From Camelus dromedarius (Eukaryota), in assembly GCF_036321535.1 (NCBI RefSeq), contig NC_087436.1:54624001-54688000 (forward strand): a stretch of 64,000 nt of DNA, written 5' to 3'. Position 1 is the stretch's first letter. The number at the start of each line of letters is the position of its first letter. The notes beneath the pieces were generated by a model. It made no database searches, was not told where the DNA came from, and saw only the letters and a list, made by a program, of their open reading frames with translations. The position numbers and the translations under genes were made by a program. Of this stretch, positions 52,932-64,000 are shown piece after piece.

Positions 52932-53180
52932 TTGGCAAAGGTTATTGGTAAAGATGTGTATGAAAAATACACTTTGATTTAAAATTTTATGTTTATATAC
53001 CTACATATACATGTGATATGCACATGATACATACACAATACTTACATGATACATAGGTATGTGTCTGTATAAAAGCTATTTGTAAGAATACACACCTGTA
53101 TAACATACCTATATGTATATATAAAATTTATCATCAAAGTTTATATTTCTCCATACATACCCTCACCAATAGTCTTTCAA
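52932..53180. repeat. Imperfect inverted repeat (~70-bp arms, ~100-bp AT-rich spacer)
   Basis: 52932-53008 aligns by eye to the reverse complement of 53111-53180. Confidence 0.8.
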
Positions 53181-53216
53181 GGAATGAAAACTGTTTTTCT
53201 TTTGTTTTATTATGTA

Positions 53217-53421
53217 TAGCTGACCTTTGAACAACACAGGTTTGAATTGCACAGGTCCACATATATGTGCATTTTTTTTCAATAAATACTACAGCACTAC
53301 ACTATCCACAGATGTTAAACCACAGATACAGAGGAAACTTGAATACGGAGGGCCTGGTATAATGTTATACATGGATGAGGTCAGTGCCCCTGAGCCCCAC
53401 TATGTGATCAAGGCCTAACTG
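53217..53421. mobile_element. Tigger2-derived non-autonomous DNA transposon (Tc1/mariner)
   Basis: TIR-like ends (t)agctgacctttgaacaacacaggtttgaa … gatcaaggcctaactg, flanked by TA (53215-16, 53422-23). Confidence 0.85.
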
Positions 53422-53684
53422 TACGTGCATATATGTACATATATATGTGTATCTCTCTCTCTTTCTAATCTCCTAGAGCCCACCCGCTATATTTATCCTA
53501 CAAAATTATCCTATGAAAACGACTGGACAAATATACAAAGCTATATGTACTGAATGTTCATTGCAACATCTATTTTAAGAGTAGAATTAGCTTACATGTT
53601 CATCTATATGGGATTAATTAAATTAACCAAGGTGTATTTATATGTTGGGCTGCCAAGCAATTGTTAAAGAGGATGAAGACCCTT

Positions 53685-53880
53685 TGTTATTCCACTTCTT
53701 AGTGATGTTATCCTGGACAATTTACTTGGCCTCTTTGCACTTCATTTTTCTCAGCTGTAAATGAGGATAATAATTGTATCTAACACACTGATTATAACAA
53801 AGATAAAATGAATTAATTTATGTCAAGTGCTGAGAAAGATATCTGGCATATAGCAATTATAAACATTGGATTTTATTACC
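53685..53880 (+). mobile_element. MIR SINE
   Basis: ctggacaatttacttggcctct…ctgtaaatgaggataataa…tctggcatatagcaa. Confidence 0.7.
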
Positions 53881-55039
53881 TATATTACATTTTGAAATAC
53901 AACTACATTGCATAATTATGTGAATAAATCAGATTATAGGATAATATGTGTATATATGTATTTATAGTTATATGAACATTTATGAATATTTAATACATAT
54001 ATACATATATATTTCCAATTTCTGTTTATGTACATAAACAAGTCTGAATGAATATTTATTGACTGTTGAACAGTGATGGGTGATTTAAGGAACAACTTCA
54101 TTTTCTCCTTTATACAATTCTTCAGTTTAGACGTTTCTATATATGATATATATAATAATATCCATGCATTGCTTTTATAAAATAGAACAGCAAGGTTACT
54201 TTGATTACAGAAACAATCTGAAGAGTAAAAACAACTTCCAAATAAAGGAGACAATTTATTACTTATGCAAAATAGGCCCAATACTTACTAGTAATTTAAC
54301 AGAAAATATTTGTGATCAGATATCATTCTATAGATGCAGGTATTACAGTCAGATGTAAAATCTTTTGATTTTTGTATACTTTACCAATTTTCATCAAGTC
54401 TAAAGAGACATCAAAGTAAAATATTTTTATGCACATTAATTTCATGCAGCTGCACTTACTGAATAATCATTATGGCTTTTATGTTTCATTTTTGCATAAT
54501 ATGTCATTCTTTACATTCATTTGTCTTGTTTTATTATGTTTAATATTAGGGGACTTATTTTTTAACTATGTCAACATTCTATTATTTAAATTACAAGTGT
54601 GATCATGAGTTGACTACATTAATAACATTCATTCCTGGTGCCTACCTACCCTTACAAACTTTCTGTTCTTAGAATGATAACTATCGCATTGTGGACTTCT
54701 GGGGGGAACTAAATGAATTAACCACTTGCTGCCCATTCTGTTCTGGTAATGCTATACATTGTTTTACTGAGGATGAAGAATAAAATAGGGGAGATGGGAA
54801 GTAATTATAAAAGAATATTCCAGATTATTTCAGACAAACAGTTAATCAAGGCACCAAAAAGTATGAATTAACCTGTAAGTGATCATGAAACATATAAGAA
54901 CATTTCTGTTTCACATTAGAAGGTCTAATCATTTCCTTGTGCTTTTAAAGGAAGGTCCACTCAACTATATAGCTATATACCCAAAATCTTGTTTCCTAAT
55001 AGCATCTGAAGCTTGCCAGTCTGATCTAGTTCTGCATCT

Positions 55040-57900
55040 TGACAATGGGCCATTGAAAAGTGTTATTTCCAAATATTTTCTGATTTTTTGAGATATATTG
55101 TTATTAATTTTTAGTTAATATTATCATGGTCAGAAACACTAGTCTGTATTATTTTGATCCTTTGAAATTTATTGAGATTCATTTTATGCCCCAAGTGTAT
55201 TGTTTTTCTTGATGAATATTCTATGTGTGCTCACAGAAAAAGTGTGTATCTGTAGCTGTTGATATGGTGCTCTACAAACAACAATCAGGCCAACTATGTT
55301 GATAATCTTGTTCAAGTCTTCTATAATGTTACTGATATTTTTGTCTGCTTATCTTTTCAACTCCTGAGGAAAGGGTCTTAAAATATCCAACTGAATGTGA
55401 ATTTAGTCTATTTCTTCCCTTAGTGTTTAAGTTGTGCTTCAGATATTTGAAAGTTTTGTTCTTATGTAATTATAAATTTAAATTTGCTAGCTCTTCTTAA
55501 TGAGTGTACACTTTTATCATTATGAAATATCTTTAGTGAAAATCACCACTTTGTTAATATAGCCATGACAACTTCCTTGTGCTTAGTGTTTGCATGTGGA
55601 TCTTTTCATGCTTTTATTTTCAATATCTTTGTTACTATTTAAACTGTGTTTCTTGGAACAGCATATAATCAAACTCATTTTAATTTAATATATTATGGTT
55701 GAGTTTGTCTATAATCTTCATATTTGTTCCCATTTATACTACTTCATTAACAATGCTAAAAAGTACAATGGTATAATTCCATGCTCTTATTGTAATATAT
55801 TTTACTTCTATATATGCTAGAAACATATTGCTTTAATAAGCCAATATTCTTTTTAAAACATTTAAGGATAAAAATATGAAAACAAATATATGTGTGTATA
55901 TGCATGACTGGGACACTGTGCTGTACACCAGAGATTGACACTTTCTAACTGATTGTACTTCAATTTTTTAAAAAAATTTAAAGATAAATTTTTATGTGTG
56001 AATGTAATTAAAGTAAAAAGATATTTTATATTTACCCATATTTACACTATCTAGTGCCCTTAATGGTTTCTTCATATCTGACTTCCCTATGGTGTTGATT
56101 CCTGAAGGATATTAATATTCCATCCAGTACAGGTTTGCTAGCAGTGAAATCTGCTTGGCTTCTGTCTGTCTGAAAATGTCTTTTTTTGACTTCATTTTTG
56201 AAGAGTATTTTCACTTGATATGGAATTCCATTTTGATGGTTCTTTTTTTTCGCTAGCACTTAAAGATGTCATTCAATTGTATTTGGTTCTCATTGTTTCT
56301 GAGAGGTCAGCTACCAATATATCTCCATGTAATGATTCTTTTTTCTTTAGCTGTTTCTTTTATACTTAGTTTTCATCAGTTTGTGAATGATGAAACCAGT
56401 TATGGTTTTCTTTGCATTTACACTGCTTGAGGTTTGTTGAGCTTTCTCAATCTATGGGTTGATATAGTTTATCAATTTGTGGAAAAAAAAAAAACTCAGC
56501 AATAGTTTTTTCAAATAGTTCTTCTGGCCCACTTTCTATTTTCTCATATTCTGGGACCTCAATTACACATAAAATGCCCTACCATTTAATATTGTTCCAC
56601 AGGCCTCAGGTGTTCTGTGCCATTTTCCCCCTCTTTGGGTTACACTTTACATAATTTCTGTTGACAGGTCTTCAAATTCATTGATTCTTTTGTTGTGTCT
56701 GGTCTTCTGTTAATCCCATAGAAAAAATTATTTCTGACATTGCATATTTCATTTTCTTCATTTTTATAATGTCCACCTCTCTGCTAAAATTCATCATCTG
56801 TACATGCCTTTTCCACTAGGCATATTTTTTCCAGTTATTTTAAAGTTGCTGTCTGATAGATAATGCTAGCATCATGGCCAATTCTAGTTCTGTTTCCATT
56901 GATTATTTCCTCTCTTCGTCAAAGGTCATATAGCTTATTTGTCTTCATTGTTATTATTATTTATATGACAGACTTTGTATGTAAGAGACCAAAGTAAATA
57001 ATATTTATCTCCATAAAGACAAATGGCCATCTTATGTCAGCCATTTGTGATGAGGGCTAACTCAGCCTAATCTATATTGGAGTTTTCTTGCAGTTTTAGT
57101 TAAATTCAGTTCATCACTGACTTAAAATACTTTGAAGATCTGACTTAAAATGCTTCCCTTTAGAAAGACTTGGGATCTTGAGCACTGGAAAGAGTCTGCT
57201 AATCTCTTTTTCATTAACATCCAGCTTCCAGCTTTCTGGGCCATTTGGAAGTTCCCTTTGCTCTCTGGTCCTACTCCTTGGGAAATCTCTCTGTCCTGCA
57301 GCCCAGCCTACTTAGGCTTCTGTACTACTGCAGTATACTTGGTGAATGGCCAGAGTTTCTCAGAGGGATTTCTCTCTGTTCTCCTGTCCCGTCCTCAGCC
57401 TTTGGCATGCTGCTTCTATGTAGTTGACAAAAGCCCAGAGAACCTCTGAATTTCTCTCATTACTCCCTCCTAGACCCAGCTCTCAGCAGATAGTTGCTTT
57501 GCCTTTGGAAAAGGCCCAGGTACCTTGAGTGGTATCTCTCTCAACTCTGCCGCTTTGTCTCCAGGCTTCAGTGTACCCCATCATGGATTAATTCTTGGGG
57601 AAAGATTGAGTGAATGGGTGCAGACTCACTGTGCGGCTGAGATGCTTTTGATTCTCATCCATTATATTGATCTATGTCCTGCTGTGGAAAGTTAATTAAA
57701 AGTTGCTCAGATTTCTACATGTCTTGCACTTAATTTCTGAAATATTTCTCTTCTTCTATCTTTGTTAGTAGTGAAATCAGGTGCACAAGTGCTCATAACT
57801 TTCAGGATTTTAGTTCATTTTTTGTTCCTTTACATACTCAATTCTCTGATTTTTTAAACCCTGATTTTGTAGCTTACCCAGGATGTTCTAGTTGTTTGGA
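55040..57900 (-). mobile_element. Old L1M 5' portion (5' UTR, ORF1, start of ORF2)
   Basis: ORF 56047-56259(-) KILFKNEVKKRHFQTD…FTASKPVLDGIL resembles the ORF1p C-terminus; 55040-55680 resembles antisense ORF2 EN region. Confidence 0.75.
55873..55970 (+). mobile_element. ~100-bp camelid-type L1 3' terminus nested in the old L1
   Basis: atgcatgactgggacactgtgctgtacaccagagattgacac…gtacttcaat. Imperfect TSD aaaacatttaaggataaa (55855-55872) / aaaaaatttaaagataaa (55971-55988). Confidence 0.8.
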
Positions 57901-57949
57901 TAGAGTGACACTTGCTTGTCACCTTCTAGAGAATAACTCTAGTGGTGAT

Positions 57950-58035
57950 TAAAAACTAGTATTACTATATATAAAAGAGATAAACAAATTTATATGCACA
58001 GAGAACTATATTCAGTATATTGTAGTAACTTCTAC
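57950..58035 (+). mobile_element. Short L1 3' UTR fragment
   Basis: tactatatataaaagagataaac…gcacagagaactatattcagtat, similar to 5016-5095 in this window. Confidence 0.65.
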
Positions 58036-58371
58036 CTTGATAAAAAATTTAGTATTACTAATTTGAACTTTGGTGCTCTGAGACATTATGAAATTCATAT
58101 CCAACCTCAGGAAATTGTAGGGAAAAACCAAGTACACGAGTTTATTTGTTCCCAGGGGCCTCCTTTGTTTCACAACATGTTCCTTTTCATACTAAGCATT
58201 TGCCTTTGAACATTCCAACTCATTTATTTAGTAGGTTTTCTCGTGTGGACTTCCTCAATTGGTTGGAATGTATTCTTTCTTTCTTTAGGCCAGCTTTTCT
58301 TTATATGAGGACATATGACTCTTCCTGATTTTAAATCTGGGTCTTATGGTAACATTCTTCTCTTTTAAAAC

Positions 58372-59030
58372 CTGATGAATGAAATAGGTGAGGGAGAGGA
58401 AGAGGAGCAAACTTTCAGTTGCAAAATAAATGAGTCACAGGGATGAAACATACAGTGAGGGGAATATAGTCAATAATAATGTAATATCTTTGTATGGTGG
58501 CAGATAGTAACTAGACTGATCATGATCATTTTATAATGTATAGAAATATCAAATCACTATGTTGTGTACTGGAAACTACCATAGTGGTGTACATCAATTA
58601 TACTTTAAAAACAAACAAACAAGCAAACACACTCATAGAAAAAGAGATCAGATTTGTGGTTACCTGGGGCAGGGGTGGGTGGAGGGGAAACTGGATGAAG
58701 ACAATCAAAAGGTCAAATTTCTAGTTATAAGACAAATAAGTACTAGGGCTGTAACATACAACATGATAAATATTATTAACACTGCTGTGTGTTGTATATG
58801 AAAATTAAGAGGGTAAACTTTAAGAGTTCTCACCACAAGGAAAAAATTTTTTCTTTTTCTTTTATTTTTAACTATATGGGATGATGGATGTTCATTAAAC
58901 TTATTGTGACAATCAGCTTATGCTGATTTGTGTGCTGGTTTGTCACACAAACCATTATGCTGTGCACCTCAAGTTTATACAGTTGCTGTATGTCAGTTAT
59001 ATCTCAATAAAACTGGAAGAAAAAAATAAA
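58372..59030 (+). mobile_element. Laurasiatherian-type L1 3' UTR
   Basis: gaaataggtgaggg…ataaatgagtcacagggatg…aagagttctcaccacaagg…atatctcaataaaactggaagaaaaaaataaa. Confidence 0.85.
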
Positions 59031-61084
59031 TTCCTCCCCATCTTTTGGCAACTTCATGCAATTAGATACTCAACTCTATTTCTACTGAGAATATTTTGTA
59101 AATTATGTTTCAAATAATGCATGGCCTCATAGATCTACCATGGAAGTATATTGCTATGATTAATCAACACATATTTCATCAATTGTCTTTACTTGATTGA
59201 ATTCCTTTGACTCTATTTACTAAGAATAACATAAAAAAAAGGTGGTATGTTCTAGGGAGATTCTATGTATCTTATTGTTATATTTTTATATTTCTCTAAA
59301 TTTCATAAACATATAATTGAGTGCTGATTATTTATTAATTTATAGATTAAGACATTTTTACTTCCAGCATTATTGAGGTGAGTAGATATTTGATGCAACA
59401 CTATAAGCATAGACATTCATTTCAATCATTATATATAGTTGAAGTATGGAATTGTCAGAATGAATATTCAGAGAAAATGAAATCTTTTCATTAAAGTTAA
59501 GATGTAGCTATGCTGGAGAATTCACCCCACCCTACAGAATGTCTAGATTCTAAAATATAGTGTGTGATTTAAAGATTAAACTGCAAAATCAGTGGTACTG
59601 CCTGAATATGTGATGTACTTATACAGATATTTTGGAATGAAAAAAATGGGTTTTGATTAGGACAAGAAATACCATATAATTTCTCATTCAATAAAACATC
59701 ACTTAGCTAATTCTTAATCTAATTAAATGCTGAAATTTAAATATTCAGTTCTCCCATATAGCACATTATTACCCATTTGCAAGAAGCAAATGATCCAGAA
59801 ATATTTAAGATTTGAAAACCATGCGATAAAAATGTAAAATTTGTTTAAACTCCACATCTGAGCCTCATTGGTGATTATTCAAATGGATGTTTGAATGTGT
59901 GTTTTAATCACATAATAGTTCTGAGTTAATCATAGAATAGGATGTCTAGTACCACACTTTTAATTCTTCAGTTTTCAGAAGAGGGGAGAAAAATTCCATC
60001 TCACTACGTCACGCAGAATATTTTGTGATGAACAGCTCCTTAATAAAGAGTAGACTGAATTGTGATAGACTATTATCAAGGGAAATGTCCTAGAAAGGAA
60101 AATAGAAGTGGTAGAAACATCTGGGTTGGATTTTTGGCATAAGCAGCCAAATGTACTCATGAGGAGCAAACCTTCCCAAAGAAAACACAACTGAAGCTGT
60201 CTGCTTTTATTAATGCGCCTCACTGGTGAATCTCCAGCGGTGATGGATCACCCTCATTTAAGGAATGATGTGCTGGAAAATGCATTATTTTCAAGAGTAA
60301 CAGAGTGGATTAATGCAAGTGTGTCCTGGAAAAAAATCAAAACTCTTATGATATATGCTGATTTTCGGGTGTTCCCCATTTTGCACGGCTGTTTAAGCAA
60401 GCACTCTAAATGGAAATGCACTTGACATTTTTGCAACTGCATGTGATCAAACAACATTAGAATTTAGCTGATTTCTCAGAAAATGATTAAACCAATTTCT
60501 TTCTCATTTCCACTTCTTGCACGAAAAGAAGAGGAATAAAAGACATTTAATAAAATAGATGCCCCAAATGAAAAGTTGCCTGGGAATAATATAAGGAGAT
60601 TGATATCTTTTTCTTCTTTCCCTTCTTTCCCTCATCTGTCACAACAGTCCTGGGCTGCATACATCATCAGAGGAGAATTCTGATCACTTGTTTCCAGGCT
60701 TTGGTAAAGCTATTCACGATAAATGTTCCATAAGGTACCTTGAGATTGAGTTATGCTTTCAATTAATGTTTATGCCACAAGGACCTGTTAATACAGAAAT
60801 ATTCTTAAACAATCTATTATAAATGATTTTGGCCTTGCAGTGCCTGGTAGTAGACAGCTGAGCATTAAATTCTGCCAGGGAGGTAAGAGATTAACACAGT
60901 AAGACAACTATGTCTGCTGTACAAGATCACCAGGCACAAGTACTCATTCTATTACCTGGTAAAAGTTAGGGTAGCATATGAAACAGGGGGATAACAGCAA
61001 ACATAGTTATTAGGGCGGCTTATAGCTTTAACCTACAGGAGGATTCTTGTTTTATTGAAAAGAAAATAGATAAATTATTATTTT

Positions 61085-61602
61085 AATTACTATTACTGCA
61101 TAATACTTTATCATAAACTTAGCAGCTTAAACCAACACATTTATTTCCTAATCGTTTCTGTGGCATGGCTTTGCTGAGGCCTCTGCTTTAGCGTATCACA
61201 AGGCTGCAATCAAGGTGTCCATCAGGTATGGGGTTTCATCTGAGGCTGGACTGAGGAAGGATCCACTTCAAGGCTCACATGGTTGTTGGCAGGATTCAAT
61301 TCCTTGCTGGCTGTTGACTGGTGGTCTTCCTCAGTTTCTTGCCGTGTAGGACTTTTCACATGGCAGTTTGTTTCATCAAAGCCAGCAAGAGACAGAGCCA
61401 ATAATGGGAGTCTGCTAGAAGATGGAAACTACAACCCTGTGTAATATAATAACAGAAGTGACACCCAACATCATTGCTGTATCCTGTTTACTAGAGCCAG
61501 GTTGCAGGTGCCATCCACACTCAAAGGGAGATGACTACACAAAGGTGTGATTACCAGGAGGCAGGGATCACTGGGAACCATCTTAAAGTCTGTCCATCAC
61601 AA
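61085..61602 (-). mobile_element. MaLR LTR (MLT1G/H-like)
   Basis: aaacttagcagcttaaaccaacacattt…ggatccacttc…gttgttggcaggattca…ccacactcaaagggaga…accaggaggcagggatcactggg. Confidence 0.85.
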
Positions 61603-61784
61603 TTACTAAGCCCTAAACTATTTCTCTATTTTTGAAGCCAGTTACATTTAAGTAACTCTGTATTCCTGTAAAATTTTGTACAAATACTTCTCTGATGGAG
61701 AATTTGTAGGCTTGATAAATTCTACAGAATGTATTATTGAATCTTTCTATAAATGAGAGAACATACATATTTTAAAATTCCTCT

Positions 61785-61925
61785 CCACTCCTTGCCAGCT
61801 ATGTAACATAGGGCAACTTCATAGCCTTCCATGCCTCAGTTTCGTACATGTGAAACAGAGAAGTTATGGTTATCTTGTCTACCACAGACATATTCTTACA
61901 GTTAAATTATATAATCCAAAACAAA
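61785..61925 (+). mobile_element. MIR SINE
   Basis: ccagctatgtaacatagggcaac…tgcctcagtttc…tgtgaaacag. Confidence 0.6.
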
Positions 61926-64000
61926 GTACTTTAAACAAATACGTTGCTTTTAACAACTTATTTGATGTACGTACAGGTAACCTAAATTTCCCCAGGTTTC
62001 ACTAGTCTGAAATCCCAAATATAATAATGGCTTGAATGGCTTGAACCCACAGTTCACAAGCTCACCACGCCTCCTCCTGAATTTTCTCCTCTGAGTCTTT
62101 CTGTGAGCTTCCAAGGAATGTCTTTCACATGCTCATAAACATTTTCAATCAACTGCCAAATGTCATCCACAGTTTCTTACCTTTTCTTCTGCCATAGTCT
62201 CCCTGTGTGAGGTCCTGGGAACCTGTCAGGTCCATTATCTTCTCTGGGGACAATATCCTGGAGCTTTGGACTGTGCACAGACTTCCTAATAGCTGTTGCC
62301 TGAGTTGAGATCTCAGAAAACTTCTTTTAGAAATACAGGGTATGCAGGATGTTTACACAGATAAGCGGCAAGGGACAACCAGAGTCTCATACCCACAGGG
62401 CTCTGAGAGCAGGGACACAGAGTGAGGCCCAGGGCATGGGCTGCTAACCAAAGGAGGAACACAGACCAGTGGAACAATGGGCACCAAATCCTCCTCATCT
62501 CACCAATCAAATCAGTCAGTCCTTTTTCCATGGAGAGGAGGAACTGGAACTGAAGGAAGGACAGAGAGGCTAGAGGAAGAAACTCATGTAAACATGGGAA
62601 ATGGGAACTGCATAGCCCCTAACCCTGTGTAGGGCTCTAAGGCAAAGTTGGGGATTAACTGGTCTCATCTTAAAAGGTTGCTCTAACATAGAGGGTCTTC
62701 AGATGGTACTACTCTGTCTTGGAGAAGAGTCTGAGAAAGGAGTAGGCCAGCCAGGGTGTAACTCTGCTACCTGCATGTAAGAGAAATGAAATATTACTGG
62801 TATCTTATGATATTTACTCCCTGTGAAATGTACTGAACCATCGGCTGGAATTTGATAAAAGTGATCCAAATGGCATCACAATACAGCAACAGCAGCAACT
62901 CCTTGCTAACACAGATCTGTTTCAGTTGATTCTTTTCACAAGGTCGAGTACCTTTCTTAGTTGAAATCCAGTGATCACAGTTAACTGAAAACTTAAAAAT
63001 AATAATACATGGTATGGTGCTGTTTACTGACACTAATTTTTTTCTTTTATTATCTAAGTTGTAAATGGCTTAATGTGCCTCCTAAAAGTTTTGAAATATC
63101 ACAATAATGCCGAAAAAGAACAAGTACAAAAGAAAACGGAGATGGTTTGTAAACTACTTCTAGAATGCGAGGTCTGATTCAGACAATGGAAATGAAGTAA
63201 TAAGTGAACCTTTTGTTTTTTACGTAATTAAAGAGCAAATCAATTTCTCACTGCCCTCATTAACTGGACACTGAATGTAAAAATGTTTTAAACCTGTTTG
63301 AAGAAGTAACAAATAAAACCAGCCCAGGAAACTCTTACATCCCATGATGGTTTGTCTGTGTCTTGTAGAGTTCTTAGCAAAGCAGAATTTCTGGTTTCAA
63401 TTTATGAAATACTCCACTCAGCGACATATCCATTGGGACAATCTTAATGACTGGCTTTCTTTGCTCTTGCCCTCCAAAGAAAGAGGTTTTGTTAGTATCT
63501 CTCAGCCTGAGTTATTTCCCAGGAAATTTTTAGTCTCATAAAATTAGGCTTCTCTTCAAATTTCCAATTTTGCCTAAGAGCACCAGCAGCTGAGGCTCAA
63601 GCCAGGGTTTCTCCTGTACTCCCATTACTCTTCTCTCTTCAATAACTTGGGAATGTGGAAGTGAAACTAAAATTAGGATTTAGAAATTAAAAATGTGTCC
63701 ACTCAGCACTTTTTCTGTTTGCTGTTGAGGGAGAAGTAAGGTTCTCTCATTTTGATTAGATCTTTTTATCTCTATATGTAAATAGGTTGGGATTACCAGA
63801 TGCTAAGAATTTGTCATAGTTTGGCTTATCTCTTCTTGTGATGCCCAGACCTATGTGTTTTGTTAGGTAGTGACACAATCACAAAGGCTCCACAAAGTTG
63901 AAGGCAAATCTGATAGAACCTTTTTCTCTTGAGCAGGGTGATCTTGCATGAGATTTAAAGTGCATTATATTGCAGGTGTTGACCCAACCCTTGCTAATGC

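Noticed and set aside
53943..54013. Hairpin with ~19-bp arms as a pre-miRNA
   Set aside because: The arms are (TA/TG)-type low-complexity sequence that self-pairs trivially.
62794..63033. Minus-strand 79-aa ORF or exon near the window end
   Set aside because: There is an acceptor-like ttttcag, but the donors are weak (gtactc, gtaaat) and the peptide is unrecognised.
1..64000. CRISPR array, operon, CpG-island promoter, or full provirus
   Set aside because: No regularly spaced direct repeats, no prokaryote-like gene density, no CpG island, and no gag/pol/env sequence between LTRs. All LTRs are solo and from different families.

Overview
AT-rich, CpG-poor mammalian genomic DNA with no CpG island and no recognisable host protein-coding exon, RNA gene or CRISPR array. 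It reads as a long intron or intergenic interval. A tRNA-derived SINE of the camelid Vic-1 type and camelid-like L1 3' ends point to a camelid (alpaca, llama or camel) genome. A large share is interspersed repeat: a decayed near-full-length L1 (1-5195), older L1M fragments, L2, MIR, MaLR/ERVL and ERV1 solo LTRs, and hAT/Tigger DNA-transposon relics. Several are nested and some keep readable target-site duplications (TSDs). All ORFs with recognisable protein similarity are broken L1 ORF1/ORF2 pieces. I did not find a convincing new biological system. The best leads are a ~250-bp degenerate fold-back palindrome (52932-53180), three phase-compatible minus-strand candidate exons, a doubly truncated TSD-less L1 insert with a junction hairpin, and several repeat-free, motif-rich candidate enhancers. 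Repeat family names are recalled by eye and most boundaries are approximate unless a TSD is given.
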